Virus record (IMG/VR): IMGVR_UViG_3300043394_000476
Span: 1 to 30,713 of that record
Source of the DNA: a virus
Taxonomy: Duplodnaviria > Caudoviricetes
Strand: one strand, 5' to 3'
Length of the DNA stretch: 30,713 bases
Under the pieces are notes generated by a model. It saw only the letters and a list, made by a program, of their open reading frames with translations. It did no database searches and was not told where the DNA came from. The position numbers were made by a program, and so were the translations under genes. Shown here in pieces: positions 8,866-17,107 of this stretch. Numbering within the stretch: the first letter of the stretch is position 1; the number at the start of each line of letters is the position of its first letter.

Positions 8866-8873
8866 TATTTTTG
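8866..8873 (+). promoter_or_regulatory. -7 promoter box, near-leaderless
   Basis: TATTTTTG followed by TTTCC-ATG. Confidence 0.55.
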
Positions 8874-8878
8874 TTTCC

Positions 8879-9127
8879 ATGCCAACACCAAGTAATAGAA
8901 GTATCGGAATTCAACGCAATAAGCTACTGCGCTACAAGTTGATAAAGGAATTGTACCACAAGTACAAAACCGAGGACATCCCGACTACGGTGGTTTGGCG
9001 AAAGTACATTTGTCCTGTTTACCCTATATCACGGACTACACTTTATGAAGTGCTTTGCACTCCAGTCAACGCAGAACTCAAAAAGATTGAGGAGCTCGAG
9101 AGCCGTCAAATACAACTTTTTACCTAA
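8879..9127 (+). CDS. putative Mor/C-like HTH transcription regulator
   Basis: VVWRKYICPVYPISRTTLYEVL HTH-like; last + strand gene before the late block; ends QIQLFT. Confidence 0.5.
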   Translation: MPTPSNRSIGIQRNKLLRYKLIKELYHKYKTEDIPTTVVWRKYICPVYPISRTTLYEVLCTPVNAELKKIEELESRQIQLFT

Positions 9128-9576
9128 ACGTTATCTACTCCAACAGTATACGTTATTTCATATTCTTGAATTCCATCATCGCGTTTTACACGTCTTAAAT
9201 TAGTTCGAGTCATTCCTCGGCAGTTTGAATCAGGCCTGTATCCTTGAAGACATTTATGTACATCTTCAATAATGTTCCAAATTCCCCATACATTATCCTT
9301 TTGTTGTTTTGGAGATATAAAACTCGTGTTAGAAATCCTAATGTTAGCTATTGTAATTGTGATTGTTCCAGTAGCCATTTGTCTATTTTGTGGTATGGCT
9401 TTACGGTCAGTACCAATTTGACTATAATCTAAATTACTAACATCAATCAAAGCCAATGGGAATTTTGTAGGCGGGTTTGGCGAATAGTCATCAAGCTGTC
9501 CCCAATCTTCATCAATATATTTCAAAGCTGGGATGGTCCCTATTGTTTTCTGAATATTTTCTAATACTATTTTCAT
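9124..9576 (-). CDS. tail terminator/completion protein (Mu gp37-like)
   Basis: YIDEDWGQLD...P..FPLALID pattern, size, synteny after gpG. Confidence 0.6.
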   Translation of the reverse strand: MKIVLENIQKTIGTIPALKYIDEDWGQLDDYSPNPPTKFPLALIDVSNLDYSQIGTDRKAIPQNRQMATGTITITIANIRISNTSFISPKQQKDNVWGIWNIIEDVHKCLQGYRPDSNCRGMTRTNLRRVKRDDGIQEYEITYTVGVDNV

Positions 9577-10115
9577 CGTTTTAAGCCTTTTAAAATTTCT
9601 TTTTCTACCTCTTTCATGTTTAAGTCAACAACCTTTTCAATACGCTGTCTTACCATTGGATGGTCGCCAATAAATTGTCGTTGTTTTATTTGCATTTTCG
9701 CCCCTACTTTTTGCAAGGCTAATGCTCTCCACATTGCCGCTTCAGCAGATAAGTTTTTGTTTCTTGCAGTATTTCTGGAATCGCCTTTTTTAGTTTTGCT
9801 AACTGCCCCATTTGATTTGTAAAACATGGCCCAAAAAAAGCGTTTCATACGTTCTGTTACAACTACCTCTCCGCCCTCATTTTGTAAGGTTGCATAAGGT
9901 AATGAACTCGACCAAGACAAACTGTTGGCTGTTTCTTTGGAACGAATAGAACGTCTTAGCTTTCCTGTTCGCATCATAAGGCTTCCCTTTCTATTGGGTA
10001 GCTTTGTACCGTCCCAAACTTTATCAAAGAATGCCTTTCGCTCAAAGTTTTTGTCAAACTCCTCAGTAAGATCCACTCGCAGATCACTAATGATATTTTT
10101 TAAAAATGCAATCAT
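9573..10115 (-). CDS. virion morphogenesis protein (Mu gpG / P2 S family)
   Basis: LMMRTGKLRRSI, PYATLQNEGG, IKQRQFIG motifs. Confidence 0.85.
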   Translation of the reverse strand: MIAFLKNIISDLRVDLTEEFDKNFERKAFFDKVWDGTKLPNRKGSLMMRTGKLRRSIRSKETANSLSWSSSLPYATLQNEGGEVVVTERMKRFFWAMFYKSNGAVSKTKKGDSRNTARNKNLSAEAAMWRALALQKVGAKMQIKQRQFIGDHPMVRQRIEKVVDLNMKEVEKEILKGLKR

Positions 10116-10136
10116 ATTAATTTATAGATTAAATTA

Positions 10137-10166
10137 TTGTTTTTCAAATAACTTTTAGTAATTTTG
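10137..10166 (+). promoter_or_regulatory. full Flavobacterium-type housekeeping promoter
   Basis: TTG(10137-10139)-19 nt-TAATTTTG(10159-10166), then TTTCC-ATG. Confidence 0.7.
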
Positions 10167-10171
10167 TTTCC

Positions 10172-10450
10172 ATGAGAACAATTTTTGACTATAATCCAAC
10201 CAATCAGGAGCTCAACGATATTCGTTTTGACTCTCTTTCGTTGTGTCATAAATTTGGCATTGATACAGATCAACAGTTAACCCCAGAGCTATACATTAAA
10301 CTTGTATCACAAGAGAATGCTTATTATGATTTAGCCGTTTTGTTTGAATTTAGAAACGACCAACAAAAAGCAGATGAATTTTGGAAAATGCTTCCTGCAT
10401 CACTTAAAACTGAAGCATTGGGTTTTGACTCTCTTGAAATTGCTATTTAG
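10172..10450 (+). CDS. small acidic protein, candidate immunity protein for MuF C-terminal domain
   Basis: 92-aa ORF filling the gap, convergent with MuF (8-nt overlap), own promoter. Confidence 0.6.
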   Translation: MRTIFDYNPTNQELNDIRFDSLSLCHKFGIDTDQQLTPELYIKLVSQENAYYDLAVLFEFRNDQQKADEFWKMLPASLKTEALGFDSLEIAI

Positions 10451-11963
10451 AATTTGCTTTAATATACTCCATAGTTTTTATTCCTATTGTTCCGTAGTCA
10501 CTCAGTAAATTTGGCGCTAAATCTACTGCGGCCTTTTTTTCGTCTATTTTGTTATTTTTTAATACTTCTCTAAAGTCATTAATCCACTGTTTATAGCCAT
10601 AGCCGTTGTCTAAAATTTCTTTTTGATGAATTGCTTCTCCTCCTAACTTTTTAATAAAATCAGGATAGGTATGTCTAGCAACAAACTGGTTTAAGGTTTC
10701 CATATTTTTGATTCCAATTTGCGATAATCTCTGAGGCTTTGTCTTAGTCTTTGCGTGTAAAATTTCATGCCATAAGATTTCAAAAGAATATTCCTGATTA
10801 AAGGTCATTTTTTCTCCTTTTTTAATTGCTGCTAACCCTCCTTTAAACTCCTCTAACGGATTGAATTTAATACTTGAAAACTCGTGATTACTCAAAGTAA
10901 TTTTGGAGCCCCCAACCCAATCGTTTGTTCTTGGATTATAGGACATAGAATGTTGCATCATATAAGATTTAGACTTTAAAAACTTTACATCGTCCAAGCC
11001 GCTTCTAAAGTCTTCAGGGGACAATTCAGAATATTTAATTAGTATGTTTTTAATCTCTTTATTAGTTGGAAATTCTCCTTTAATGTAGTCATTCATATCT
11101 ATAAGCGATTTGTTCTTCAATTGATTTATCACAACTTTTGCACCTACCACTTTATTATAAGGATGTTCAGGCGGGAAAATTACTTTTTGCTTACCAGGAT
11201 TAAATCGGAATATCTCCAGTTGGTTCTTGCCACTCTTACCAATTTGGGTGGTGGCTTTTTCTCCCTCGGCAATTGCCTTTTTGCTATCGCTTAACGGGTA
11301 TTTATCTTTTAGAACTTCCACTACGTTGCATCGGCAGTTCCAGCCATTGGGCGGATAATACAAATCCCAAAAAGGGTCGCCTTTAGGTAAAGTGGTTCCA
11401 TTCAATCTAGCATGTGAATCTCTCACACGATTATCTCCTGCGGTTCTATACTGTAAGTTGTATCGGTCTTCATCGCTAAACTCAGCCCATTTGGCAGCCA
11501 TTTGAGCCGCATTAACCGCATATTCATATTCGGTATTCAAATAGGTTTGATTGTAGTTTTTGTTTACCTTATTAAAGTCGTTAGCAAAAGCACTGTATGG
11601 CTTTAGACTACCACTCTCGTCTAATAATAATCGTGAAGCTTCAAAAAGCTGTGCGTGTGTTTTTAAACCTGAGAACAGGTACACATCATTTTGCAACGCA
11701 GTGCGCATTACTTCGTGCATATCTCTACTGCTCACCGCAAAATTGAAAATATCTGCAGTTTGGCTGGCTAAATCTTTATAAGCCTTTTCGGTTTTCAAAT
11801 CTTTAGTCTTGTAAGCCCCTTTTTCGTGCAATCGTTTAAATGCATTTTCAGCGGTATTTAAAAGCGATTTAAATTGGTCGCTAAGGCTTAGATTTAATTG
11901 CTCAGACTTAGTTTGGCAGTCCTCACATCCACAATTGTATAAAGTAGTTATTCGGCTGTGCAA
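10443..11963 (-). CDS. MuF (SPP1 gp7-like) minor head protein with C-terminal HEXXH domain; probably made as portal fusion
   Basis: YRTAGDNRVRDSH, YYPPNGWNCRC, FPPEHPY, then ~237-aa extension with WHEILH; only a TTG start. Confidence 0.88.
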   Translation of the reverse strand: MHSRITTLYNCGCEDCQTKSEQLNLSLSDQFKSLLNTAENAFKRLHEKGAYKTKDLKTEKAYKDLASQTADIFNFAVSSRDMHEVMRTALQNDVYLFSGLKTHAQLFEASRLLLDESGSLKPYSAFANDFNKVNKNYNQTYLNTEYEYAVNAAQMAAKWAEFSDEDRYNLQYRTAGDNRVRDSHARLNGTTLPKGDPFWDLYYPPNGWNCRCNVVEVLKDKYPLSDSKKAIAEGEKATTQIGKSGKNQLEIFRFNPGKQKVIFPPEHPYNKVVGAKVVINQLKNKSLIDMNDYIKGEFPTNKEIKNILIKYSELSPEDFRSGLDDVKFLKSKSYMMQHSMSYNPRTNDWVGGSKITLSNHEFSSIKFNPLEEFKGGLAAIKKGEKMTFNQEYSFEILWHEILHAKTKTKPQRLSQIGIKNMETLNQFVARHTYPDFIKKLGGEAIHQKEILDNGYGYKQWINDFREVLKNNKIDEKKAAVDLAPNLLSDYGTIGIKTMEYIKANSK

Positions 11964-11964
11964 T

Positions 11965-11999
11965 GCCCCAAAATATTCGGGGCTTAAACGAAAAAATTT
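11965..11999 (-). promoter_or_regulatory. -1 ribosomal frameshift signal (portal to MuF)
   Basis: A_AAT_TTT / T_TTT_TTC heptamers, 6-nt spacer, hairpin GCCCCGAA-TAT-TTTGGGGC; -1 frame is the MuF frame. Confidence 0.75.
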
Positions 12000-13225
12000 T
12001 CGTAATCCTGCAGGCTTAACTTGGTACCAGGAGCGGGTGCTTTATTGCCGACTACTTCAATTCCAAAAGTAGCTTTTACCCAGTTAGCATCAACCTCTAA
12101 AAAGGCTGCGGCCTCGGTAGTCATTTTCCAAAGCTTATCTAAATCCTCTGCGGGCGGATAGGCATATACAACATCCTGACTAATGATTCCTAGAACTTTT
12201 AAAGCAGGAAGTACGGTGGTATTCCAAGCCTGTTCTATTAATGATAAATCACTATCTACTAAATCCTGTAAAATAGTGATAGAGGTTTTCTCTTTAGAGT
12301 TGGATCCGTTTTTAGTGTCCTGCCCCACAACCGTTCCCGAGATACCCATAGATAGCTCATTATTGCACAAGCCAATTAAATTTTTGTAAACGTCACCATT
12401 TGTACTTACACCCTGTGCAAATTCAAAACTCTCATTTTCATCAATGATAAACCAAGCGGCAGCACCGATATCTTTCAGCATCTTTTCGCCCCGAGATACC
12501 ATAGTTCGGTCTTGCGTATTGGTCTTTAAAACCCTGGGCGGAATGCCATAAATCTCGCAAAGCTCACTGTAACAAGACTGAGAGAAGCGTTTGAATAGCA
12601 CGTGTGGAACACACCCATTGAGTAGCCCAAAGTCTTTTCCGTTTCCAAACTCAATTAACCAAGAACCATATTCTTTTTGCTCACGATATGCTATCTTTTT
12701 GTCGTCGGCGTAATCGTAATAAATGTGTCCTCCGTTTGGATCAATATTCTGTCTTGGAATTAGATTGTACACCAACTCATTGTTAATATAATCAAATTCG
12801 CCTAAGGAATGTCCGTAAAAACGGGTTTCTAAAATAGCTTTATTGACCTGGTATATCCAACGCTTATTTTGGAATAAATCGGTTAACTCTTGGTTTAACT
12901 TCCCGCTTGCGTCTTTGAGAATAAAGGACTGAGACAAAGCCTTAAGCAATCGGTTGTTAATTTGCGATTGAAGGTGCAAATCCACCATAATATTATCATA
13001 GAGATTATACAGCGGATACCGCTTTGGCTGATCTATGTTATTGGCTAAGTTAAGCGCATCGTTCCAGTTTTTTATGTCCTGACGAGTACGCGAAATAGTT
13101 TTTGGCGCAATAGTAGCTGCATAATTAGTCCCGCTTTTTTTTATGGCTTTAGGGGCGGCAGCTAAACTAAAACTTGGCTTTGTGCCTCCCGGTATAAAAT
13201 CCCGTAGTGTATTAAAAAATCCCAT
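11984..13225 (-). CDS. portal protein (Mu gp29 / DUF935-like)
   Basis: CEIYGIPPR, CNNELSMGISG..., size and position. Confidence 0.85.
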   Translation of the reverse strand: MGFFNTLRDFIPGGTKPSFSLAAAPKAIKKSGTNYAATIAPKTISRTRQDIKNWNDALNLANNIDQPKRYPLYNLYDNIMVDLHLQSQINNRLLKALSQSFILKDASGKLNQELTDLFQNKRWIYQVNKAILETRFYGHSLGEFDYINNELVYNLIPRQNIDPNGGHIYYDYADDKKIAYREQKEYGSWLIEFGNGKDFGLLNGCVPHVLFKRFSQSCYSELCEIYGIPPRVLKTNTQDRTMVSRGEKMLKDIGAAAWFIIDENESFEFAQGVSTNGDVYKNLIGLCNNELSMGISGTVVGQDTKNGSNSKEKTSITILQDLVDSDLSLIEQAWNTTVLPALKVLGIISQDVVYAYPPAEDLDKLWKMTTEAAAFLEVDANWVKATFGIEVVGNKAPAPGTKLSLQDYENFFV

Positions 13226-13226
13226 A

Positions 13227-13685
13227 TTAATAATCGTGGTTAAATTTAGTTCTTGATCCTGCGCTAAAAGGTTGTCTTTCGCTATTGGCCTCGTCTAGTG
13301 TGATGCGTGGCAAAGAGGTTAATACCACGGTTCCTTTTGATAGCTTAGTAAACCAATCAATAGCTCTATCGTATCTTTCTTTTGCTTGCTCATAGATAAA
13401 ATCAGCGTTGCAAAGGGTGGCAATATGAAATTTAGCTAGTGTTAAGCAATGCTGCAGAATGAGCGCGTTACGATCTAAAGCAGATGCAGTAAAAATGGTT
13501 GCTACGTCATAAATAAGTCTGCCGTCTAGGGTTTCTAGTTTATTAGTATTTGCGGTTAAATAACTTTTAGCTTCCTCCTCCGCGGCGGCAAGAGCCTGCT
13601 CCACTATATCGTCATTGCCCTCGGTAATTTGGTCTATTTGGTAGGCATAAATAACACTACCTAAGTCTTCTTTTTTTAAAAACAT
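13227..13685 (-). CDS. head-tail adaptor (Mu gp36 / DUF1320-like)
   Basis: AEEEAKSYL...YD, RYDRAIDWF..LSKG. Confidence 0.85.
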   Translation of the reverse strand: MFLKKEDLGSVIYAYQIDQITEGNDDIVEQALAAAEEEAKSYLTANTNKLETLDGRLIYDVATIFTASALDRNALILQHCLTLAKFHIATLCNADFIYEQAKERYDRAIDWFTKLSKGTVVLTSLPRITLDEANSERQPFSAGSRTKFNHDY

Positions 13686-13686
13686 A

Positions 13687-13842
13687 TTAATGCTGTTTTA
13701 CTAATTTTTGAATGCATTTAAGCCATTTTAATGGCTTCGGATAAAATTTTGATTGGTTTGTTTCTCCTTTATAAACGGTATGCTCCATATAAACAGGAAA
13801 CCCTAATACATCTACACCAATTTGATAGGTTACTATTTTCAT
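13687..13842 (-). CDS. 51-aa hypothetical protein (not in ORF track)
   Basis: MKIVTYQIGVDVLGFPVYMEHTVYKGETNQSKFYPKPLKWLKCIQKLVKQH*; fills TerL-gp36 gap. Confidence 0.55.
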   Translation of the reverse strand: MKIVTYQIGVDVLGFPVYMEHTVYKGETNQSKFYPKPLKWLKCIQKLVKQH

Positions 13843-13845
13843 ACT

Positions 13846-15366
13846 TTAGTATTTACGGTTGGAACGTTCACCAAATGTGAACGAACTATTTTTTTTAACT
13901 AGTCGGTTTTGAATCAGCCAGCAGGCTCCCTCAATAGCATCGGGCGCATCCATTATTTTAGTTGTTGGCGATACCGCGAGCATTTGGTCATGAGTTCGCA
14001 CCATATTTGGCTCTTCTTTTTGCGCCACATTAAAAATCAAACTGCCTAAACGGTTGTGTGGCTCCAGCGTACCCTCAATTCTAAAAAACTTATCGGGTTT
14101 TTTACGGCTGTCTGGTGTAATAGGAATAACAAATCCGTGGTCTTTGGCACGTTGATAAATAAGCGGCAATAAAACCTGCTCATAGAATGGATCCTGGAGC
14201 GAGTTGTTTTCAATGTAAATGCGCTTGGTATCTACCTTATTTTGCGTTAAATATTTATAGGCTTCATACAGGCAGTCCACAAACTTGGCATTGCTCATTG
14301 TATCTACCCACATTTTATAGATATAATACTTTTGTTGCCTATGGCCGACAATAGCTATTGCCTTTGTGGAGGAATTCCCTTTGTCTTTGTTTGAGGTCGA
14401 TGGATCGGCATAGACAACTACATCTTCACAATAGGATAGCGGAGGACATTTGCCATAAGTCAACTCCTTAAAAATATCTCCCTCACTCACAGGGTTATTG
14501 AAGTACTCTTTTTGCGCTGAGTTGAATGAAATTGTTTTTAATACCCTATCAATGGACTCCTCCGTATTTTTATTAGGCCAGGTGCTCTTACCATTTTTGT
14601 CACGAATGTTTACTATATCGTGATGGTCGGCTTTTTTGGCTAGTTCAGTAACACAGCAAAACTTGGCAATGATATTGCCACACACCACAATCAATAAATG
14701 GCCTGAAATAGAACGCGTAGGAATTAAAGCCTCTTCAATCCACTTAACTTTTTGTTTAATACGCTCGGGATTTCGGCACTCTTCATCGGTGTCAATATCG
14801 TCGATAAGAATGACATCGGGTCTAACTTCGTCTTTACGGGTACCACGTGGACTTTGCCCCGCTCCAAGTGCTCTAAAGCTAACGCCCTTGCGCGTGCTAA
14901 ACTCTCCAGACTCCCAATTACCAATACTCTCCTGTTCTCCATAATCATTGATTATTCTATTATTGGCCTCTAGTATGGACTTATATGGTAATAGTAAACG
15001 CTCTGCATTATCATAGGTGGAGGAAACCATTATAATATTTTTCTTTTTTCCAGTTAGAACTAAAAGCAATACCTCCATCATGGTTCTACCTGACTTGGAT
15101 AGCTCACGCGCCCAAGAGCGCACCTCAAAATATTCTAAACTAGATAATACTCTTTTGGTTGCCTTGGTATGAAAAGGTGCGGGTTCTGAAGTATAAAAGT
15201 TGGGGAAATAGTATTTAAACCACTCCTCGGGGTTAGCCTCAAGACGCTTCATTCTATTTGCCTTTGCAATGGCTGTTTCGTTTAGATCAACTGGCGTTGC
15301 CTTAAGGGTGTTGTCTCTAAACTCCTGCCATAATTGTAAATAGGCTTTATCAGTTCTTGAGCTCAT
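13846..15366 (-). CDS. terminase large subunit
   Basis: WARELSKS Walker-A variant, ILIDDID Walker B, YADPS and DAPDA nuclease motifs. Confidence 0.9.
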   Translation of the reverse strand: MSSRTDKAYLQLWQEFRDNTLKATPVDLNETAIAKANRMKRLEANPEEWFKYYFPNFYTSEPAPFHTKATKRVLSSLEYFEVRSWARELSKSGRTMMEVLLLVLTGKKKNIIMVSSTYDNAERLLLPYKSILEANNRIINDYGEQESIGNWESGEFSTRKGVSFRALGAGQSPRGTRKDEVRPDVILIDDIDTDEECRNPERIKQKVKWIEEALIPTRSISGHLLIVVCGNIIAKFCCVTELAKKADHHDIVNIRDKNGKSTWPNKNTEESIDRVLKTISFNSAQKEYFNNPVSEGDIFKELTYGKCPPLSYCEDVVVYADPSTSNKDKGNSSTKAIAIVGHRQQKYYIYKMWVDTMSNAKFVDCLYEAYKYLTQNKVDTKRIYIENNSLQDPFYEQVLLPLIYQRAKDHGFVIPITPDSRKKPDKFFRIEGTLEPHNRLGSLIFNVAQKEEPNMVRTHDQMLAVSPTTKIMDAPDAIEGACWLIQNRLVKKNSSFTFGERSNRKY

Positions 15367-15920
15367 TATTTTTTCATTTTAGAGGTAATAAACGCATCAC
15401 AATAACGCGTAAGAGTATTAGCAAAATCTGCATCTTGTTGCCGTATGAATTGAATTAACTGCTTTACAACTTCCACGGTTTCTCCAATATTCGTCTCAGT
15501 TTCTAACTTTTTGATTGCACCCGAAATTTTAGATATAATATCTGCATCCTTAGACGTGGCAATGTTGCCTACCTTAATGGGATAGTCTTCCGCGTTATAC
15601 TTTGGAAACTCTAAAAACTCTGTACCGTCTGCTTCTTTAAGCTTTACTGGCTTAAGTAAAAAGGCAGGAATATCCCTAACAATGGGGCGATTTTGTATCT
15701 CATTATTAAGGTTATCCAGTTGTTTATATAAAGAGGTTAATTGGTTGTCTTTTGTGACTAACATTGAAACCTTTAAACTCTCCCAGTTCCCCTCTTTTAC
15801 CCATTTGCCAACTGTTTTCTCGGTAACTAATAATCTTTCCGCTATTTCTTTTTGTGAAAGATTTTCATTGACATACAGGATTTTGGCAAAGTCTTTTTCT
15901 ACTTGCTTTCTAACAGCCAT
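15366..15920 (-). CDS. terminase small subunit (HTH)
   Basis: LSQKEIAERLLVTEKTVGKW..EGNW; ATG at 15920; coupled to TerL. Confidence 0.8.
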   Translation of the reverse strand: MAVRKQVEKDFAKILYVNENLSQKEIAERLLVTEKTVGKWVKEGNWESLKVSMLVTKDNQLTSLYKQLDNLNNEIQNRPIVRDIPAFLLKPVKLKEADGTEFLEFPKYNAEDYPIKVGNIATSKDADIISKISGAIKKLETETNIGETVEVVKQLIQFIRQQDADFANTLTRYCDAFITSKMKK

Positions 15921-16103
15921 ACGGTACTTTTTACGCCAAAGTTGAAGGATTAGAATCTTTAAAAAAAATACCTGTTTAATAACTGAACAACATTGTAAAT
16001 TAATATTACACAAGTGTTTAAGTGCTTTGCAATTGTTTTTTTGGCATCAACAATGTTTTAATATTTGCTATCTCAAAACGATAGAAACTAAAAAAAATCG
16101 CCT

Positions 16104-17090
16104 ATGCCAAAAACCATACCTCCTTTTATTTTTAATGACGAATCTGTTTTTAATTCTTACGGCTTCAAAATTTTAACTGAGGGGATATCACTCGAGCGTT
16201 TTAATACTAACCCAGTAATGTTAGATCAACATTATAACGCAACTTGGGCTGTAATAGGTAAATGGACAGAAACTCAAAAAGTATCTGGTGTATTGATGGG
16301 AAAACCCATTTTTGACAGCGAAGATGCAGATGCCAAAAAGATGGAAGGTAAAGTAGAACGTGGCTTTATTAAAGCGGCATCCATGGGTATCACTTTTAAC
16401 CGAGAAGATTTACAGATTATTGACGGAGATCTAACACTTGTTAGATGCGAACTATATGAAGTTTCTATAGTTGCCATACCATCAAACGCCAATGCAATTA
16501 GATTGTATGCTGAAAATGGAGAATTAATGAAAGAGGAGGACGTAAAAAACCTTTGCTTATCAGTTACTGAAAAGCTTTTACCACCCGAAAATTTAAACTT
16601 AAATATAACTATGAAAAAAATCCTATTAAGTGTTTCTGCACTAATGGCTTTAGGTCTTGATAACCAGCCAGAAGATGGTACTGAAGCATCTGTGATTGAG
16701 GCTAAAATCTTGACTTTATCCTCTGAAAACAAGACATTGAAAAAAGACAAAGAAGGTTTTGAATTAGCTGCTCAAGCCATGAAAGATGCGCAAGAGGCGG
16801 AAAAAAAACAAACTGTTACTGAAACGGTTGACCTAGCTGTAACAGAGGGTAAAATTCCTGCAGATGCCAAAGAAAAGTTTGTTCAATTAGGTTTGCACGA
16901 TACGGCTTTGCTAAAAAGCACTTTAGAGGCTATCCCTGCAAAACAAAACTTTGGAGCTGGTGTTAAAAATCCAGAAGGAAATGGTGCTACTACTATAGCA
17001 ACTATGGACGACTTCCAAAAGTTAGGCGTTGAGGCGCAATTGGCTTTCAAAAATGACAGCCCTGATGAGTACAAAAAACTGTTTTCTTAA
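16104..17090 (+). CDS. prohead protease fused to scaffold region
   Basis: NPVMLDQH, AASMG, LYEVSIVAIPSNANA; C-terminal coiled coil and AVTEGKI; likely internal start 16611. Confidence 0.88.
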   Translation: MPKTIPPFIFNDESVFNSYGFKILTEGISLERFNTNPVMLDQHYNATWAVIGKWTETQKVSGVLMGKPIFDSEDADAKKMEGKVERGFIKAASMGITFNREDLQIIDGDLTLVRCELYEVSIVAIPSNANAIRLYAENGELMKEEDVKNLCLSVTEKLLPPENLNLNITMKKILLSVSALMALGLDNQPEDGTEASVIEAKILTLSSENKTLKKDKEGFELAAQAMKDAQEAEKKQTVTETVDLAVTEGKIPADAKEKFVQLGLHDTALLKSTLEAIPAKQNFGAGVKNPEGNGATTIATMDDFQKLGVEAQLAFKNDSPDEYKKLFS

Positions 17091-17107
17091 TCTATAAATA
17101 AAAAAAT

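Noticed and set aside
15921-16013. N-terminal extension of TerS in the ORF track
   Set aside because: Runs through the divergent promoter region; the HTH begins after ATG 15920.
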